Of a stretch of DNA of 62,859 bases, positions 39,057 through 50,300 are shown piece after piece (position 1 is the stretch's first letter; each line of letters opens with the position of its first letter). The notes under the pieces were generated by a model that saw nothing but the letters and a program-made list of their open reading frames with translations, had not been told where the DNA came from and did not search any database. A program made the position numbers and the translations under genes. The stretch is from an uncultured Saprospiraceae bacterium (GTDB lineage Bacteria; Bacteroidota; Bacteroidia; Chitinophagales; Saprospiraceae). The stretch is taken from positions 29,770 through 92,628 of the forward strand of contig CAZHNG010000001.1 of NCBI GenBank assembly GCA_964533785.1, written 5' to 3'.

Positions 39057-39881
39057 ATGAAATTACGCCTTTTAATTCTTGCTTTGGCATTCGGTTTTAC
39101 GATCAATGCAATGGCACAAAAAAAAGTAAATTTAAAATTTCAACCTCCGGCCGGTACTTCCATTGATTATTCTTTGAACATGAATATGGAAACGACAACA
39201 ATGGGAATGACCATGCCCATGGAAATGGCCATGAAAATGGAAACCAATGTGGACCAATCATCCGCAGAAGAAGTAGCGGTGGTGTCCAAGATCGCAGCCG
39301 TAAAAATGGCAATGGACGTTATGGGACAGAAAATGGGGTATGATTCGAGCATGCCAGATTCGACCAACGCAGAAAGTCAACAATTGGCAGCCGTTTTGGG
39401 TAATATGATCGGCAAGTCATTCACTTCTTTTTTTACCCCCAATGGAAAAGTCAGTAAAGTGGAAGGTATGGATGATTTGGTGCCCGCCGGCAGCAATATG
39501 GATCTGTCTCAAACTACCCAGCAGTCATTTGCATTCTTTCCGGATTATCCGGTAGCCGTTGGTGATTCCTGGCAAAGTCAGGATACCAGTGCAAACAACG
39601 GTATTTCCATGCTACTGAAGCACAATTGGAAACTCGCTGCTCTTGAAAACGGCAAAGCCACCATTAACGTAGAAACAGATATCGAGGCTCTCGGCAACAA
39701 TGTTGTACAGATATCAAAATTAGAAGGTAAACAGAATGGTTCGCTAATCGTTGAAGCGGATACCGGCATTACCTTAAAAACCGACATGGTTCAGGATATT
39801 AAAATGGAAATGAACGCCGGTGGTCAAACCTCTGAAGTAGCGGTTAAATCGAAAATTGTGATGACGGGGGATAAGAAGTAA
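39057..39881 (+). CDS. Secreted hypothetical protein with a Met-rich segment
   Basis: Signal peptide MKLRLLILALAFGFTINAMAQ. Segment NMNMETTTMGMTMPMEMAMKMETN. 274 aa. Confidence 0.6.
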   Translation: MKLRLLILALAFGFTINAMAQKKVNLKFQPPAGTSIDYSLNMNMETTTMGMTMPMEMAMKMETNVDQSSAEEVAVVSKIAAVKMAMDVMGQKMGYDSSMPDSTNAESQQLAAVLGNMIGKSFTSFFTPNGKVSKVEGMDDLVPAGSNMDLSQTTQQSFAFFPDYPVAVGDSWQSQDTSANNGISMLLKHNWKLAALENGKATINVETDIEALGNNVVQISKLEGKQNGSLIVEADTGITLKTDMVQDIKMEMNAGGQTSEVAVKSKIVMTGDKK

Positions 39882-39891
39882 GACTAAGGCT

Positions 39892-39936
39892 AAGGTTGAG
39901 GCCGGGCATCAGCACCAATTGTTTTTCCTCAACCTT
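39892..39936. terminator. Hairpin between convergent genes (candidate bidirectional terminator)
   Basis: Perfect 10-bp stem aaggttgagg (39892-39901) / cctcaacctt (39927-39936) with a 25-nt loop. It is flanked by AACCTTA-like heptads. Confidence 0.4.
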
Positions 39937-39951
39937 AACCTTGCTTCCTGT

Positions 39952-42849
39952 TTATTCTACCTCCAACTCCGTCTCACTATCCTCTCCATCTTTAGTAACA
40001 GTTACGGTATATTTTCCCTTGTACAAATAAACCTTACCATTATCCGCCTGCTCAATAGCAATTGGCTTTTCGTCTTTCTTGCGCTTCTCATTTAATGCCT
40101 TATTGTACTCCTCCAAAGCAGTGGATTGAATGGCTAGATCATAGGCGAGATAGTTGAGCCCTTCCACCAATTCCTTTTCAAAAGATTGCAGCAAAAGATC
40201 CTTGTGTCTTATCTCTATTTTTGCTTTTCCCGCTGCATTGGAATAAACGGGTATTTTTATTTCCGGAGTGTTTACTTCCGACCAACTGGCCCGGCTGTTT
40301 CCCCAGCTCGACCGGTATCTGAGCGAAGCAGGCTGAAAAGCGTGAATAGTTTCCGCCAACAAGGGGGCTTTAAGCTGTTGTAATTCTTCAGCATTACCCT
40401 TATAGATCGAACGACCATGTGTACCAACGAGTATATCCCCTGTACTAGGATGAATGACTACATCGTGAACGGGGACTGCGGGAAGCCCGTTATTCATTAA
40501 CATAAGCGTTTTTCCACCATCCAATGAAACATACAGGCCATGATCGGTTCCAATGTATAAAAGGTTTTCATTTTCGGGGTCTTCCTTTATCACATTTACC
40601 GGTTCTGCCGGTAGATCCCCCGCGATGGGTTGCCAAGTGTTACCGTGGTTCTCCGATACAAAAACGTAGGGATTAAAATCATCATCACGGTAACCATTTA
40701 AGACAACGTACACTTTCTCTTTTTGATGAGCGGAGGCGATAATGCGGCTCACCCACTTTCCTTGCGGCAGCCCCTTGCTGATGTTTTGCCAGGTCACCCC
40801 GCCGTCTTTAGAAACGTGAACCAAACCATCATCAGAACCAACGTATAGCAATCCAAACTGCAATGGAGACTCGTGGATCGTCGTCAAAGTAGAAAAAGCA
40901 ACATCTCCTTTTCTACCTCCCGTAGTAAGGTCACCGGATATTTCTGCAAAATTATCGCCCTGATCGAAGGATCGATGTACTTTGTTGGATCCCATGTACA
41001 GGATATCCTGATTATGAACGGAAAGGTGAATGGGCGTTTGCCAGTTCCAACGCAGAGGACGCTCACCAAGCTCGTGCTTGGGGGTAATATATGTTCGCTT
41101 ACCGCTGGCTTTGTTGATCCTGAAATAATTGCCAAATTGAAACCCGGTATAAACGGTTTGATTATCGCGCGTATCGGTCGCTACCTGCATACCATCGCCC
41201 CCCATTAACCGTTTCCAGGGATAATCCCCTGATCCGTGCCAGCTGGTGCTGCCCGCCTCGTAGGGATTCGGACCTTCCCAAACGCCATTATCCTGCAGCC
41301 CCCCGTAAATATGATAGGGTTCGGCATGATCAACCGCAATGTAGTAAAACTGCCCAACGGCAGGAGTATTGCATTTGTTCCAATGCTCACCGTCATCGTA
41401 GGAGATATTGATCCCGCCATCGTTCCCCAGGATGAGGTGGCCCGGGCGTTCCGGATTGATCCAAAGCGCATGATGGTCTGCGTGGACATTATCACCATTG
41501 ATGGACTTGAACGTTTTTCCGCCGTCATCAGAGCGGATGACCGGTACTCCAAGACAATAGATCTTGTCAGGATCATGGGGAGAAACCCTGATCTGTCCAA
41601 AATAATATCCGTAAGAATTGTATACGGCATCAATATAGTCTACATTTGTTTTAGACCAGCTTTTCCCACCATCTTCCGAACGGTATACTTCCAAACCAAT
41701 GACGGGCGTATCAAATAACAGGGAGTTGGCGTCTTCCACGTATTCAACCAGGGCCAAAGGTGTTATTTCCTCTTGCTCAACCATTTCAATTACTTTATCG
41801 ACGTCGTATTCCCTGGGAAAACCATTGTTAGATAAGTACTCCTTGACCAGGTATTTTTCGAGGTCAAGAAAAGCTGCTTTTGACATGCCGCGCAGCTCAT
41901 TTTTGGTCAGTACATCTTCTTCCGGTTCTTCTTCTGGTCGGCGGAAGTAGTTATCCAAGGAGGCATATAAGATCGTTTTACCATTTGCTTTGTGAATATC
42001 CAGGCCGATCCGGCCAACACCTTCACCCGTTGGAAACCCACCGTCATAGGTGGTTAGTAACGCCCATTCTTCACCACCATCGCTACTTTTGTAGATCCCG
42101 GAACCTTTGCCCGATTCTACGAAATTCCAGGCTTTTCGCTCACGATGCCAGGTTGCGGCGTATAGTTCCCCGGGATTCTCGGGATCGATGATCAAATCAA
42201 CAGCTCCGGAATTTTCGTCAACGAAGAGGGTTTGCCGCCAGGTCTTACCACCATCGGTTGTTTTGTAGATGCCTCTCTCCCGGTTGGGGGTATATAAATG
42301 ACCAAGGACAGCTACCCATGCCGTGTTCGGGTCAGAAGGATGCAATACGATACGACCGATGTGATGACTTTCCTCCAAACCCAGATGCTGCCAGGTTTTG
42401 CCGCCGTCGGTACTTTTGAACATCCCCGTTCCTGCGTAGGAGGAACGGCTGGAGTTCACCTCACCACTCCCCAGCCAAATGGTATTGTTTGACCAATCGA
42501 CCGCAATATCACCGATTGTCATGACCATTTCGTGCTCGAATAATGGTGTAAAAGACATCCCGTTGTTAGTGGTTTTCCATAACCCTCCCGAAGCGTAGGC
42601 GACGTAAAAATGGGTCGGATCATCAGGGGAAACCTCAACATCAGCTACCCGGCCGCTGAACACTGTCGGCCCTACGGATTCGAAACGGATTGCATTAACG
42701 ATCGAGCCGGCTTCAAGCGCTTTTCTTTGTTGAAAACTTTCGATGCGTTGTTCGGCAGGGGTGGAGGTATTAGTGGTTTGTGCATTGACGGGGTGATTGT
42801 AAATCATCACGAAGGCCAATGCACCAAGTATTATATCTCGGAATTTCAT
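39952..42849 (-). CDS. Secreted sortilin/VPS10-like BNR (Asp-box) repeat protein
   Basis: Signal peptide plus many Asp-boxes (STDGGKTW, TTDGGKTW, SSDGGEEW, SEDGGKSW, SDDGGKTF, SKDGGVTW, SENHGNTW). 965 aa. Confidence 0.8.
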   Translation of the reverse strand: MKFRDIILGALAFVMIYNHPVNAQTTNTSTPAEQRIESFQQRKALEAGSIVNAIRFESVGPTVFSGRVADVEVSPDDPTHFYVAYASGGLWKTTNNGMSFTPLFEHEMVMTIGDIAVDWSNNTIWLGSGEVNSSRSSYAGTGMFKSTDGGKTWQHLGLEESHHIGRIVLHPSDPNTAWVAVLGHLYTPNRERGIYKTTDGGKTWRQTLFVDENSGAVDLIIDPENPGELYAATWHRERKAWNFVESGKGSGIYKSSDGGEEWALLTTYDGGFPTGEGVGRIGLDIHKANGKTILYASLDNYFRRPEEEPEEDVLTKNELRGMSKAAFLDLEKYLVKEYLSNNGFPREYDVDKVIEMVEQEEITPLALVEYVEDANSLLFDTPVIGLEVYRSEDGGKSWSKTNVDYIDAVYNSYGYYFGQIRVSPHDPDKIYCLGVPVIRSDDGGKTFKSINGDNVHADHHALWINPERPGHLILGNDGGINISYDDGEHWNKCNTPAVGQFYYIAVDHAEPYHIYGGLQDNGVWEGPNPYEAGSTSWHGSGDYPWKRLMGGDGMQVATDTRDNQTVYTGFQFGNYFRINKASGKRTYITPKHELGERPLRWNWQTPIHLSVHNQDILYMGSNKVHRSFDQGDNFAEISGDLTTGGRKGDVAFSTLTTIHESPLQFGLLYVGSDDGLVHVSKDGGVTWQNISKGLPQGKWVSRIIASAHQKEKVYVVLNGYRDDDFNPYVFVSENHGNTWQPIAGDLPAEPVNVIKEDPENENLLYIGTDHGLYVSLDGGKTLMLMNNGLPAVPVHDVVIHPSTGDILVGTHGRSIYKGNAEELQQLKAPLLAETIHAFQPASLRYRSSWGNSRASWSEVNTPEIKIPVYSNAAGKAKIEIRHKDLLLQSFEKELVEGLNYLAYDLAIQSTALEEYNKALNEKRKKDEKPIAIEQADNGKVYLYKGKYTVTVTKDGEDSETELEVE

Positions 42850-42953
42850 AGTAATGGTACCATTTTATTTTTGACAATAATTGCCCAAAATAAAAATAAG
42901 CAACAGGTTCACCAACCTAAGTGATGATAAAACAATAAATCCAGCACTAAATG

Positions 42954-43091
42954 AGATACCAGATACCAGATGTATTGACCTCTGTACTTGGGGCAACTTC
43001 AATCACCACTATGAATGCGAAGTTCTTCTTAGCGTTTCTTCAGCGGTGGGTAAAAAACTTTGGCCCTAAGTTTACACGGCAATATGGCTAG
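42954..43091 (-). repeat. Family A repeat, inverted copy with internal deletion, preceded by ACCAGAT heptads
   Basis: gataccagataccagatgtattgacctct..acttgggg..caatcacc..ttcttagcgtttcttc..gcggtgggtaaaa..ctaagttta aligns to the reverse complement of unit 1-151. Confidence 0.8.
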
Positions 43092-43207
43092 TGCCTCGGG
43101 CACCAGATGCAAGACTGTGTGAGCTAATAGCAATCGTCAGAACGATAATGCATCAACTATTCTTGTCCATCTGCTCACTTAAAATGTTATGTCAACAGTC
43201 CAATGAA

Positions 43208-44752
43208 TTATGCGACTATCCTATTAGTGGCCCAATCTTCTACCTTCTTCTTTTCGGAGCTAAAATTGATCCCTATTTCAATTATCGTTTTTCCAGTACT
43301 TTTAAATTTGTCAGAATACCCCCTTTGCCGAATTTGTTCCAGAGCTTTTTCTGCTGATTGATCTAATTTGAATTCGAGCATAAAGACGTTCTTGTCGGTA
43401 ACCACAATAGCATCGCACCTTCCACGACTTGTGTTCACTTCGCTTTCGATATACTGACCTAGATAGGTGAAGAAAATATGAATTAAATAATGATAATATG
43501 TTTCTGACTTGTGTTTAAAGAGTTGATAAGGTATAGTAGCGAATAAAGTATTAATGAGATCAACGACAGATTCGATATCATTGTTAAGTAAAGCACGACT
43601 TAATTGTACAACCGCTGGGGTAGAAGTTGTATAATCACTTTCACGATAAGCTCCAAGCAGATGCTGCAAAAGAGACTCCTTAACCTCTCTGTTGGGATAC
43701 CCAAGTGTCCAGATCCTTGTAGCTCGATCAATTCTTTTTACGGTGAGGTAGCCGGTCTGAAAAAGTAAGGCGTGCGTGCTGATGTTCTCAATTTCAAAAC
43801 TATTAAAAGCAGTAGGACCTAGATCTAAATGTTCAATATCGTAGACTCCCCTTTTCTTTAATAAACTTACTAAAAAAGTAGGAGTTCCGGATTCGAACCA
43901 GAAATTTTCAAAATCACTGGCACTGAAAAACTGTAAAACAGAAAAAGGATTGTAAAGGTAATTCCGGCCATCCCAACTGTAGCCATTGTACCAATCTTTT
44001 ATCTCTGAGAGTAATTCAGCAGGTGATAACTTCAAAATATCTTTGCTATAATCAATATGCGCAAAAAAATAGGTTTCCAGTTCTTGCTGGGTATAACCGC
44101 AAAGAGTGGTATAATTACGATGCAAAGAAATATCCTGCAAATGGTTCAGTACCGAGAATATGCTGGTACGGCTAAATTTTGCTACGCCGGTTAATAGCAT
44201 AAACCTGATATAATCATCTGCGCTTTTAATAATAGAATAAAAATTTTTTAAAATTTCTCTGTTTTCTTTAGCTCGCGGCATATCTGTTAAAAAATCATTG
44301 ATGGGCTTGTCATATTCATCAATCAAAATCACCACCTTGCCATGTGCACTGAGTTTCTTAATTAATTCAGCGAATTGAAGCGCAATAGTGGTATTTTCTA
44401 ACTGGATGTCTTTTTCTTCTGCAATGTTATTTAATCCATATTTAATTGCTTTCTCTAATCCTAATGTATGATAATCCCATTTACTAAAATCAATTCTTAA
44501 CACCGGATTATGCTTATCCCAATCCCATCTCGTTTCTATCCAAAGCTCTCGAAATAATTCCACGCTGCCGGAAAACAATGCTTCAAGCGTGCTTATGAGT
44601 AAAGATTTTCCGAAACGGCGTGGTCGAGACAAAAAGAAATATTTTCCCGATTCAACAAGATCGTAAATCAAAGGCGTTTTATCAATATAGAGATAATTCC
44701 CTTTTCTTAACTCACGGAAGGATTGTATCCCAATAGGTAATTTTTTCATCAT
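43208..44752 (-). CDS. AAA-ATPase-like domain protein with a C-terminal PD-(D/E)XK nuclease-family domain
   Basis: The N-terminus LPIGIQSFRELRKGNYLYIDKTPLIYDL...FLSRPRRFGKSLLISTL is the hallmark of the AAA-ATPase_like (PF09820) family. The C-terminal region (RGRCDAIVVTDKNVFMLEFK) resembles the PDDEXK_9 core. Confidence 0.85.
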   Translation of the reverse strand: MMKKLPIGIQSFRELRKGNYLYIDKTPLIYDLVESGKYFFLSRPRRFGKSLLISTLEALFSGSVELFRELWIETRWDWDKHNPVLRIDFSKWDYHTLGLEKAIKYGLNNIAEEKDIQLENTTIALQFAELIKKLSAHGKVVILIDEYDKPINDFLTDMPRAKENREILKNFYSIIKSADDYIRFMLLTGVAKFSRTSIFSVLNHLQDISLHRNYTTLCGYTQQELETYFFAHIDYSKDILKLSPAELLSEIKDWYNGYSWDGRNYLYNPFSVLQFFSASDFENFWFESGTPTFLVSLLKKRGVYDIEHLDLGPTAFNSFEIENISTHALLFQTGYLTVKRIDRATRIWTLGYPNREVKESLLQHLLGAYRESDYTTSTPAVVQLSRALLNNDIESVVDLINTLFATIPYQLFKHKSETYYHYLIHIFFTYLGQYIESEVNTSRGRCDAIVVTDKNVFMLEFKLDQSAEKALEQIRQRGYSDKFKSTGKTIIEIGINFSSEKKKVEDWATNRIVA

Positions 44753-44803
44753 TACAAATATACCACCTATTTATACAAGAGGACAAAAAAAGTTAAAAGC
44801 CAT

Positions 44804-46756
44804 CTACCTGCGGACAGCGATAGTCATATTATGATCATACTTCCCCATCATAATGGGTGATTGCCGCTTTCCCGTATAGGCACGCACATTGAAATAAACG
44901 AAATCATAGAGTTCCTCAATGGTGACCACCTTATCATTGTTTCCGTCCGCTTCTCCTTTCAGGCCGCGAATGAGGAAATGACTGAACACTCCTTGCCTTA
45001 ATCCGCTGGATTCCAGCGAAGTTTCGTCCGATTTAGAAGACATTAGTAAAGCCGAGCCACTTTCCGCCTGGGCAAGAGTGGTGTAATAAGTTCTTAACGC
45101 ATCGGGAATTTTATCCCCCCGCATGGCTAACAAACTACCCGAGTGGCAGGCATCCGCAATACACAGTTTATATTTAGCTTCGCTTTGCGCAAATATGTCG
45201 TTGATCTCCTCGTGATATAATTTTTGGTTATACCCGTCGAAATCGATAGGAAGGAAGGATCCTTTCAATCCGTGCCCGGAAAAATAAAGGATGACCAGAT
45301 CATTTTCTTTGGCCCGGGCAAATACGTTTCTCATAGTCCCTAAAACATTTTCTTTGGTGGCAGCCTCATCAACAAGGATTTTGACGTGTTCATCATCAAG
45401 TGCGCCACCTTCAGGGCTTTTAAAAAATGCGTACATGCGATAAGCATCATCATCTGTGTAACGGAGTACCGGCATGTGATCATAATCTGCGACGCCAACG
45501 ATCACTGCCCAAACCTCAACCTCAGGATTCAGGGTAAAGGTCTTTAAATGACTGGGGGACTCCTTACTCTCCTTTTCATATTTCTGCTCACTGACAAAAG
45601 TTCCTTCCGACCAATACCCCCTCACTTTGGTACCATTAACTAAGGTAAGCGTGCCGTAACCATCAAAACTCCCTCCAACCATTTGGCCTTCGTAAACCTC
45701 TCCATTCAGATAAGTTACTTTACCTTGTCCATCGGGCAAGCCGTTGGAAAAACTGCCTACGTACACCGTACCATCCCTGAAATGATAAGTACCTTGCCCC
45801 TTCTGACAATCACCTGAAATGCAACCCAATTGTACCTGATCCAATTTCTTTTTATCTCCCTGGTACTCTCCGTTGACCCATTGCCCCTCAATAATCTGGC
45901 CATTAGAAAAATACATTCTTCCCTTGCCGTGCCGTACACCCTGCGAAAAAGCTCCTACGTATTTATCACCGTTCGGATGGTAAAATGTTCCGCTCACATC
46001 AGGCTTCCCGTGCCGGAAAAAGCCATCGTACTTACTGCCGTCCGGGTAGGCGTATATTCCCTGACCATTGGTGCATTCACCGGAAATACACCCGGATTGA
46101 ATATCCGAATCGTCGACGGTGTGACCTTGAGTAATCACAAAATCTTCAACAAAATTCCCGTATTCATCTACGGGCTGGCCTCTCTTCCAAAAACCAGTAC
46201 GTTTCATCCCATCAGAGAAAGTCTTGGTTCCGCGTCCATCCGGATAACGTTTTTTCCACTGCCCCTGGTAGCTGCTGCCATCAGCGTAATGACAAACACC
46301 ATAGCCGTGAACTTCCCCGCCTTGAAAATCACCAATGTAAATGGCACCGCTAGGATAAATATAAATGCCCTTCCCATTGCGGCAATCACCCGAAATGCAA
46401 CCAATTTGTTTGTCTTCCGCTCCTTTATCCACCAGGTCATTTTTCACAACCGGCTTTGTTAAGCGGCCATTCTCCCAAAACCCTTCCCGGCGGCTACCAT
46501 CAGGTAAGGTTTCCATACCTTCCCCGTTGGGCTCGTCATTTTTCCATTGACCCTGGTAACGGGTGCCGTCAGCATAGTATAGACTACCTATCCCACTTCT
46601 TTCGCCATCTAAAAATTGCCCAACGTACTTTGACCCGCTTTTATATTGATAGGTCCCGCTTCCTGTGAAACAATTTCCAGAAATACATTGAGAAAAAACA
46701 CTGATTGGCAGCAAGGAAAAACAAAAAACTATCGGAATAATCAAGTGGTTGTTCAT
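44804..46756 (-). CDS. Secreted protein with four CISGxC-MORN repeat modules and a C-terminal caspase-like (C14) domain
   Basis: Signal peptide from the ATG at 46756. Four modules of about 95 aa begin CISG(N/D/E)C and carry MORN repeats (YxGxWxxGxxxGxG). The caspase dyad context is LYFSGHG and IADACHSG. Confidence 0.8.
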   Translation of the reverse strand: MNNHLIIPIVFCFSLLPISVFSQCISGNCFTGSGTYQYKSGSKYVGQFLDGERSGIGSLYYADGTRYQGQWKNDEPNGEGMETLPDGSRREGFWENGRLTKPVVKNDLVDKGAEDKQIGCISGDCRNGKGIYIYPSGAIYIGDFQGGEVHGYGVCHYADGSSYQGQWKKRYPDGRGTKTFSDGMKRTGFWKRGQPVDEYGNFVEDFVITQGHTVDDSDIQSGCISGECTNGQGIYAYPDGSKYDGFFRHGKPDVSGTFYHPNGDKYVGAFSQGVRHGKGRMYFSNGQIIEGQWVNGEYQGDKKKLDQVQLGCISGDCQKGQGTYHFRDGTVYVGSFSNGLPDGQGKVTYLNGEVYEGQMVGGSFDGYGTLTLVNGTKVRGYWSEGTFVSEQKYEKESKESPSHLKTFTLNPEVEVWAVIVGVADYDHMPVLRYTDDDAYRMYAFFKSPEGGALDDEHVKILVDEAATKENVLGTMRNVFARAKENDLVILYFSGHGLKGSFLPIDFDGYNQKLYHEEINDIFAQSEAKYKLCIADACHSGSLLAMRGDKIPDALRTYYTTLAQAESGSALLMSSKSDETSLESSGLRQGVFSHFLIRGLKGEADGNNDKVVTIEELYDFVYFNVRAYTGKRQSPIMMGKYDHNMTIAVRR

Positions 46757-47307
46757 GAACAATGTTTTTGGGTAATTGCAATCCGTTTAAAAACATGAGT
46801 CATCCCATTTTTAGTATAAAACACAATCATTCCATTGATTACCCAAAGCATTACGAGTTGTCAACTACAGATTTATGAACTCGACACTCATCCTCCAAAA
46901 CAAGGTTGTATACTAAAAAACTGAAAACGAGCTGCAAATAAATATTGCATGTCATTCGGAATGACTAAGTAAGTAGCTTTAGATTACAGATAGTTCACAG
47001 ACAATCTCTTACAGTCTGGCATCTGAAGTCTTACTTAATGTCATATAAAAATTAAAGATATGAATATATCTCTAATTTTTAAATATCAAAAATGTTAAGG
47101 AGTTGCAACAATTTCCCAGACGAGTTTAAACAAGTGTTACCTGTTGAAAAACAAAGCATTTGACCTATAAGACTTGAGGAACACTCCAGCCTTTAGCCTA
47201 CACTTTTACAAGGGATTACCTAGGTTGACACCCGAAACAAATCTGCACATTTGATCGTTGAATTGCTCAGAATTTTCTAATTTGGAGGCCTAAAAACCGA
47301 TAGTCCC

Positions 47308-50300
47308 ATGAAAGTAAAACTACACGCATGTGTTTACATGACGCTTTATTTGCTCTCCAATTTCTTTCCATTAAACACGAATGACTTATCAAATCAAAAT
47401 GTAGAATCCTCCGTCTTATTTTGGTTGACGGATGGAACGGCCTTGTGCGATGAAGAATTTTGCGTTTCGGTCCGAACCCGGGATTTCAATCAGATCGTCA
47501 ATTTTGGGTTTTCGCTGAACTGGAACCCGGAACGGCTCCTTTATACCCAATCGAATTTAATTGCTGATACATTATTACAAGGGGCCAATTTCAATGAAAC
47601 CCAGGTAAATATGGGGAATTTGGGGTTTTCCTGGCAATCCCCTGTCCAAGATGGTCAAGGGCTTAGCTTCAACAGAGACGAGGAAATCATTAATGTTTGC
47701 TTCCAGGATATGGTCATTGCTACCACTACCGTTCCCATTGATTTCGCGGATCAACCCATAGCTCGAACCATACAATCGGCGGAAGATGACGGCCTGGCCT
47801 TCGAATCATCTGATAAAAGAATACAGCTAGAGTGTGACGAAGGCTGTAAAGCGGCCTTTTCATTTTCCGTATTGGACAGTTGTGGTTCCGTACAGTTTTT
47901 CAATGAATCAGCAGGTGCCGGATTAAGTTACAACTGGAATTTTGGCGACGGCACCGTTTCTCAACTGGAAAACCCTGCCCATACTTATAATTCGATCAGA
48001 CCGGAAGGTTTCCAGGTACGATTGGAAATTACCAGCGAAAGTGACTGTTCAGACAACACAACGCAAACGGTAATAGTCATGGGACAAGACGATAGCCCTG
48101 CTGAAATAGTTTGTCCTCAGGATACCGCCGTGGATTGCACAGTAGCCCTGATTCCGGAGAATACGGGAGAGTTGATCGTAACGGACAATTGTGGTATTAA
48201 TGATATCCAAATTACGATCAACGATGAGGTTACCACCGAAGCAACCTGCTCCCGGGTAATCAAACGCACCTGGGTAGTTGTCGATAAATCAGACAATATC
48301 AGTTCCTGTCAGCAGATCATTTCAGTGATCGATCAATCAGGCCCGGAAATCAGCGATTGTCCACCGGGGATTTCTGTGACTAATGATCCTGGAGATTGTG
48401 GTGCCGTGATCAGTATTGTACCTCCAACGGCCACCGATGCTTGTAACGCCGTCCTCAGCCTGACCAATGATTATACGAATAACAATAGTGCCAGTGATTT
48501 CTATCCGGTTGGGACGACTGTGGTCACCTGGTCTGCTATTGACGATTGCGGTAATGTTACTGCTAATTGTAGTCATAGTATTACCGTTAGTGATAATGAA
48601 GCCCCAACGATCGAATGCATGACTACGGATACCACCATTACGGCTACGCCGGGAGCTTTTGGAGCGATCGTCGAATTTGAAGAACCATCCTTTACAGATA
48701 ATTGCAGTGCCAATACTATGAGCAGCCACCAATCCGGCGATTTTTTTCCTTGCGGAGAGACCATTGTGACCTTCAATGCTGTAGACGAAGCCGGTAACAC
48801 CTCAGAAAGCTGTATATTTATTATTAATGTAGTTTGTGATAATGATATTGAATTTTCGCCCGTTACTTGCGGTATGGCCGTCACTACCAGGTACTCGGGT
48901 GACCGGTCAGACAATGAACCTTCTGATCCGGTTATCGAAGTTGTGGATATCCGATCCAGAGACTTTGCCCCTGTTAATCAAGATGTTTCCGATCAATTCA
49001 ATATTACTTCCGACCCACGCTGGACGGCCTTCAACCTAGGAGAAGTATTTGGTCTGGCCATCGACGACAATGACTTCATTTACGCCAGTTCCACCAGCAT
49101 CTACCCCGTCAATTACTTTGGCGCCAACCAGGAAAATACGGGTGGTGAGATCTACCGCATTAACCCGTTAACGGGAGAAGTGGTCTTGTTCCAAAGACTT
49201 CCTAACTCTGGTCAAGGCCTGGGTAACCTATGCTTTGCCAATCACAATGGTGGCCGTTATCTATTTGTCACCAACTGGGAAAACGGTTTCGTTTATCAAA
49301 TCGACCTCGATGACTGGAATGGCAACCCTGATGTCAGAAGCAACTACGAAGCTTTTGATATTTTCCAAATGGACGTCGATTCTTTAGGCTACGCACCATT
49401 AGGGCAACTGACCTGGGGTATTGCCTACAATCCATTTGACGAACGGCTTTATTTTGGCAGGTGGATGCAAAACGGCGGTAGATTACCTGCTCCCAATAAT
49501 TGTAGATCCTGCGATAATGAAAATCAAACGGAAGGACTAGGTCCAAATACCATACATTCTGTCCCGCTTGATGAAAACGGCAGTCTGGTTTTAAATGATT
49601 TAAGAACGGACATCACCCTCGAACGGGTATTTCAATTAACGGATCTGGACACCTTAATTTCTAATCCCGTTTCTGATATTGCCTTTTCTACCACTGGCAA
49701 AATGCTGATTACCGAAAGAACAATGTGCTGTCCAGATGAAATCAGCGGAGGGAGGGCCAGGGTACTCGAGTATGAACAACAGGATAATGCCTGGACTATC
49801 GTACCCGACAAGACCATATACATAGGTACTGCCGGCAGTAATAATGCCAATAATTCTTCCGGAGGCATCGATTATGGTTACGCCGGTTTTAACAGTAATA
49901 ATCCCGACCTGCTTCCTGCTTGTGATGACCTTATCTGGGTTACTGCAGACATCAACCTTTATAATACTTTTGGAATTGCCGGTATCCCAGGTGTGGGTAA
50001 TAATAGTACCATGCCTGCTACGTATTATATCAACTTATCGGACAGCGGCAGTGATGCTGAACAACGAATGATGGGAGATATAGAAATTTTGAAATGTGGC
50101 TGCCCTATTCCTTCGGTTGCAGAATTTTGCGACTCTGTTCAGGTCGAATTTTCGGGATACGGCCAGCCTGATTCTTGTTGCTGGTCCGTTGATTTGATCA
50201 ATAATTGGGATGAACCTAACATCACAAGAGTTGAGGCCGAAATTCTAACCCCCGGCTTGATTTTCAATGAAATTGAGACGCAGCAAGGTTTTGTTGTTAA

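Noticed and set aside
41205-41718. ORFs of 142 and 160 aa within the sortilin/BNR gene.
   Set aside because: These are alternative-frame and antisense shadows of a gene with many in-frame Asp-box motifs.
45830-46462. A 210-aa plus-strand ORF.
   Set aside because: It is antisense to the MORN repeat region of the caspase gene. The repetitive Gly-rich coding sequence keeps the opposite strand open artifactually.
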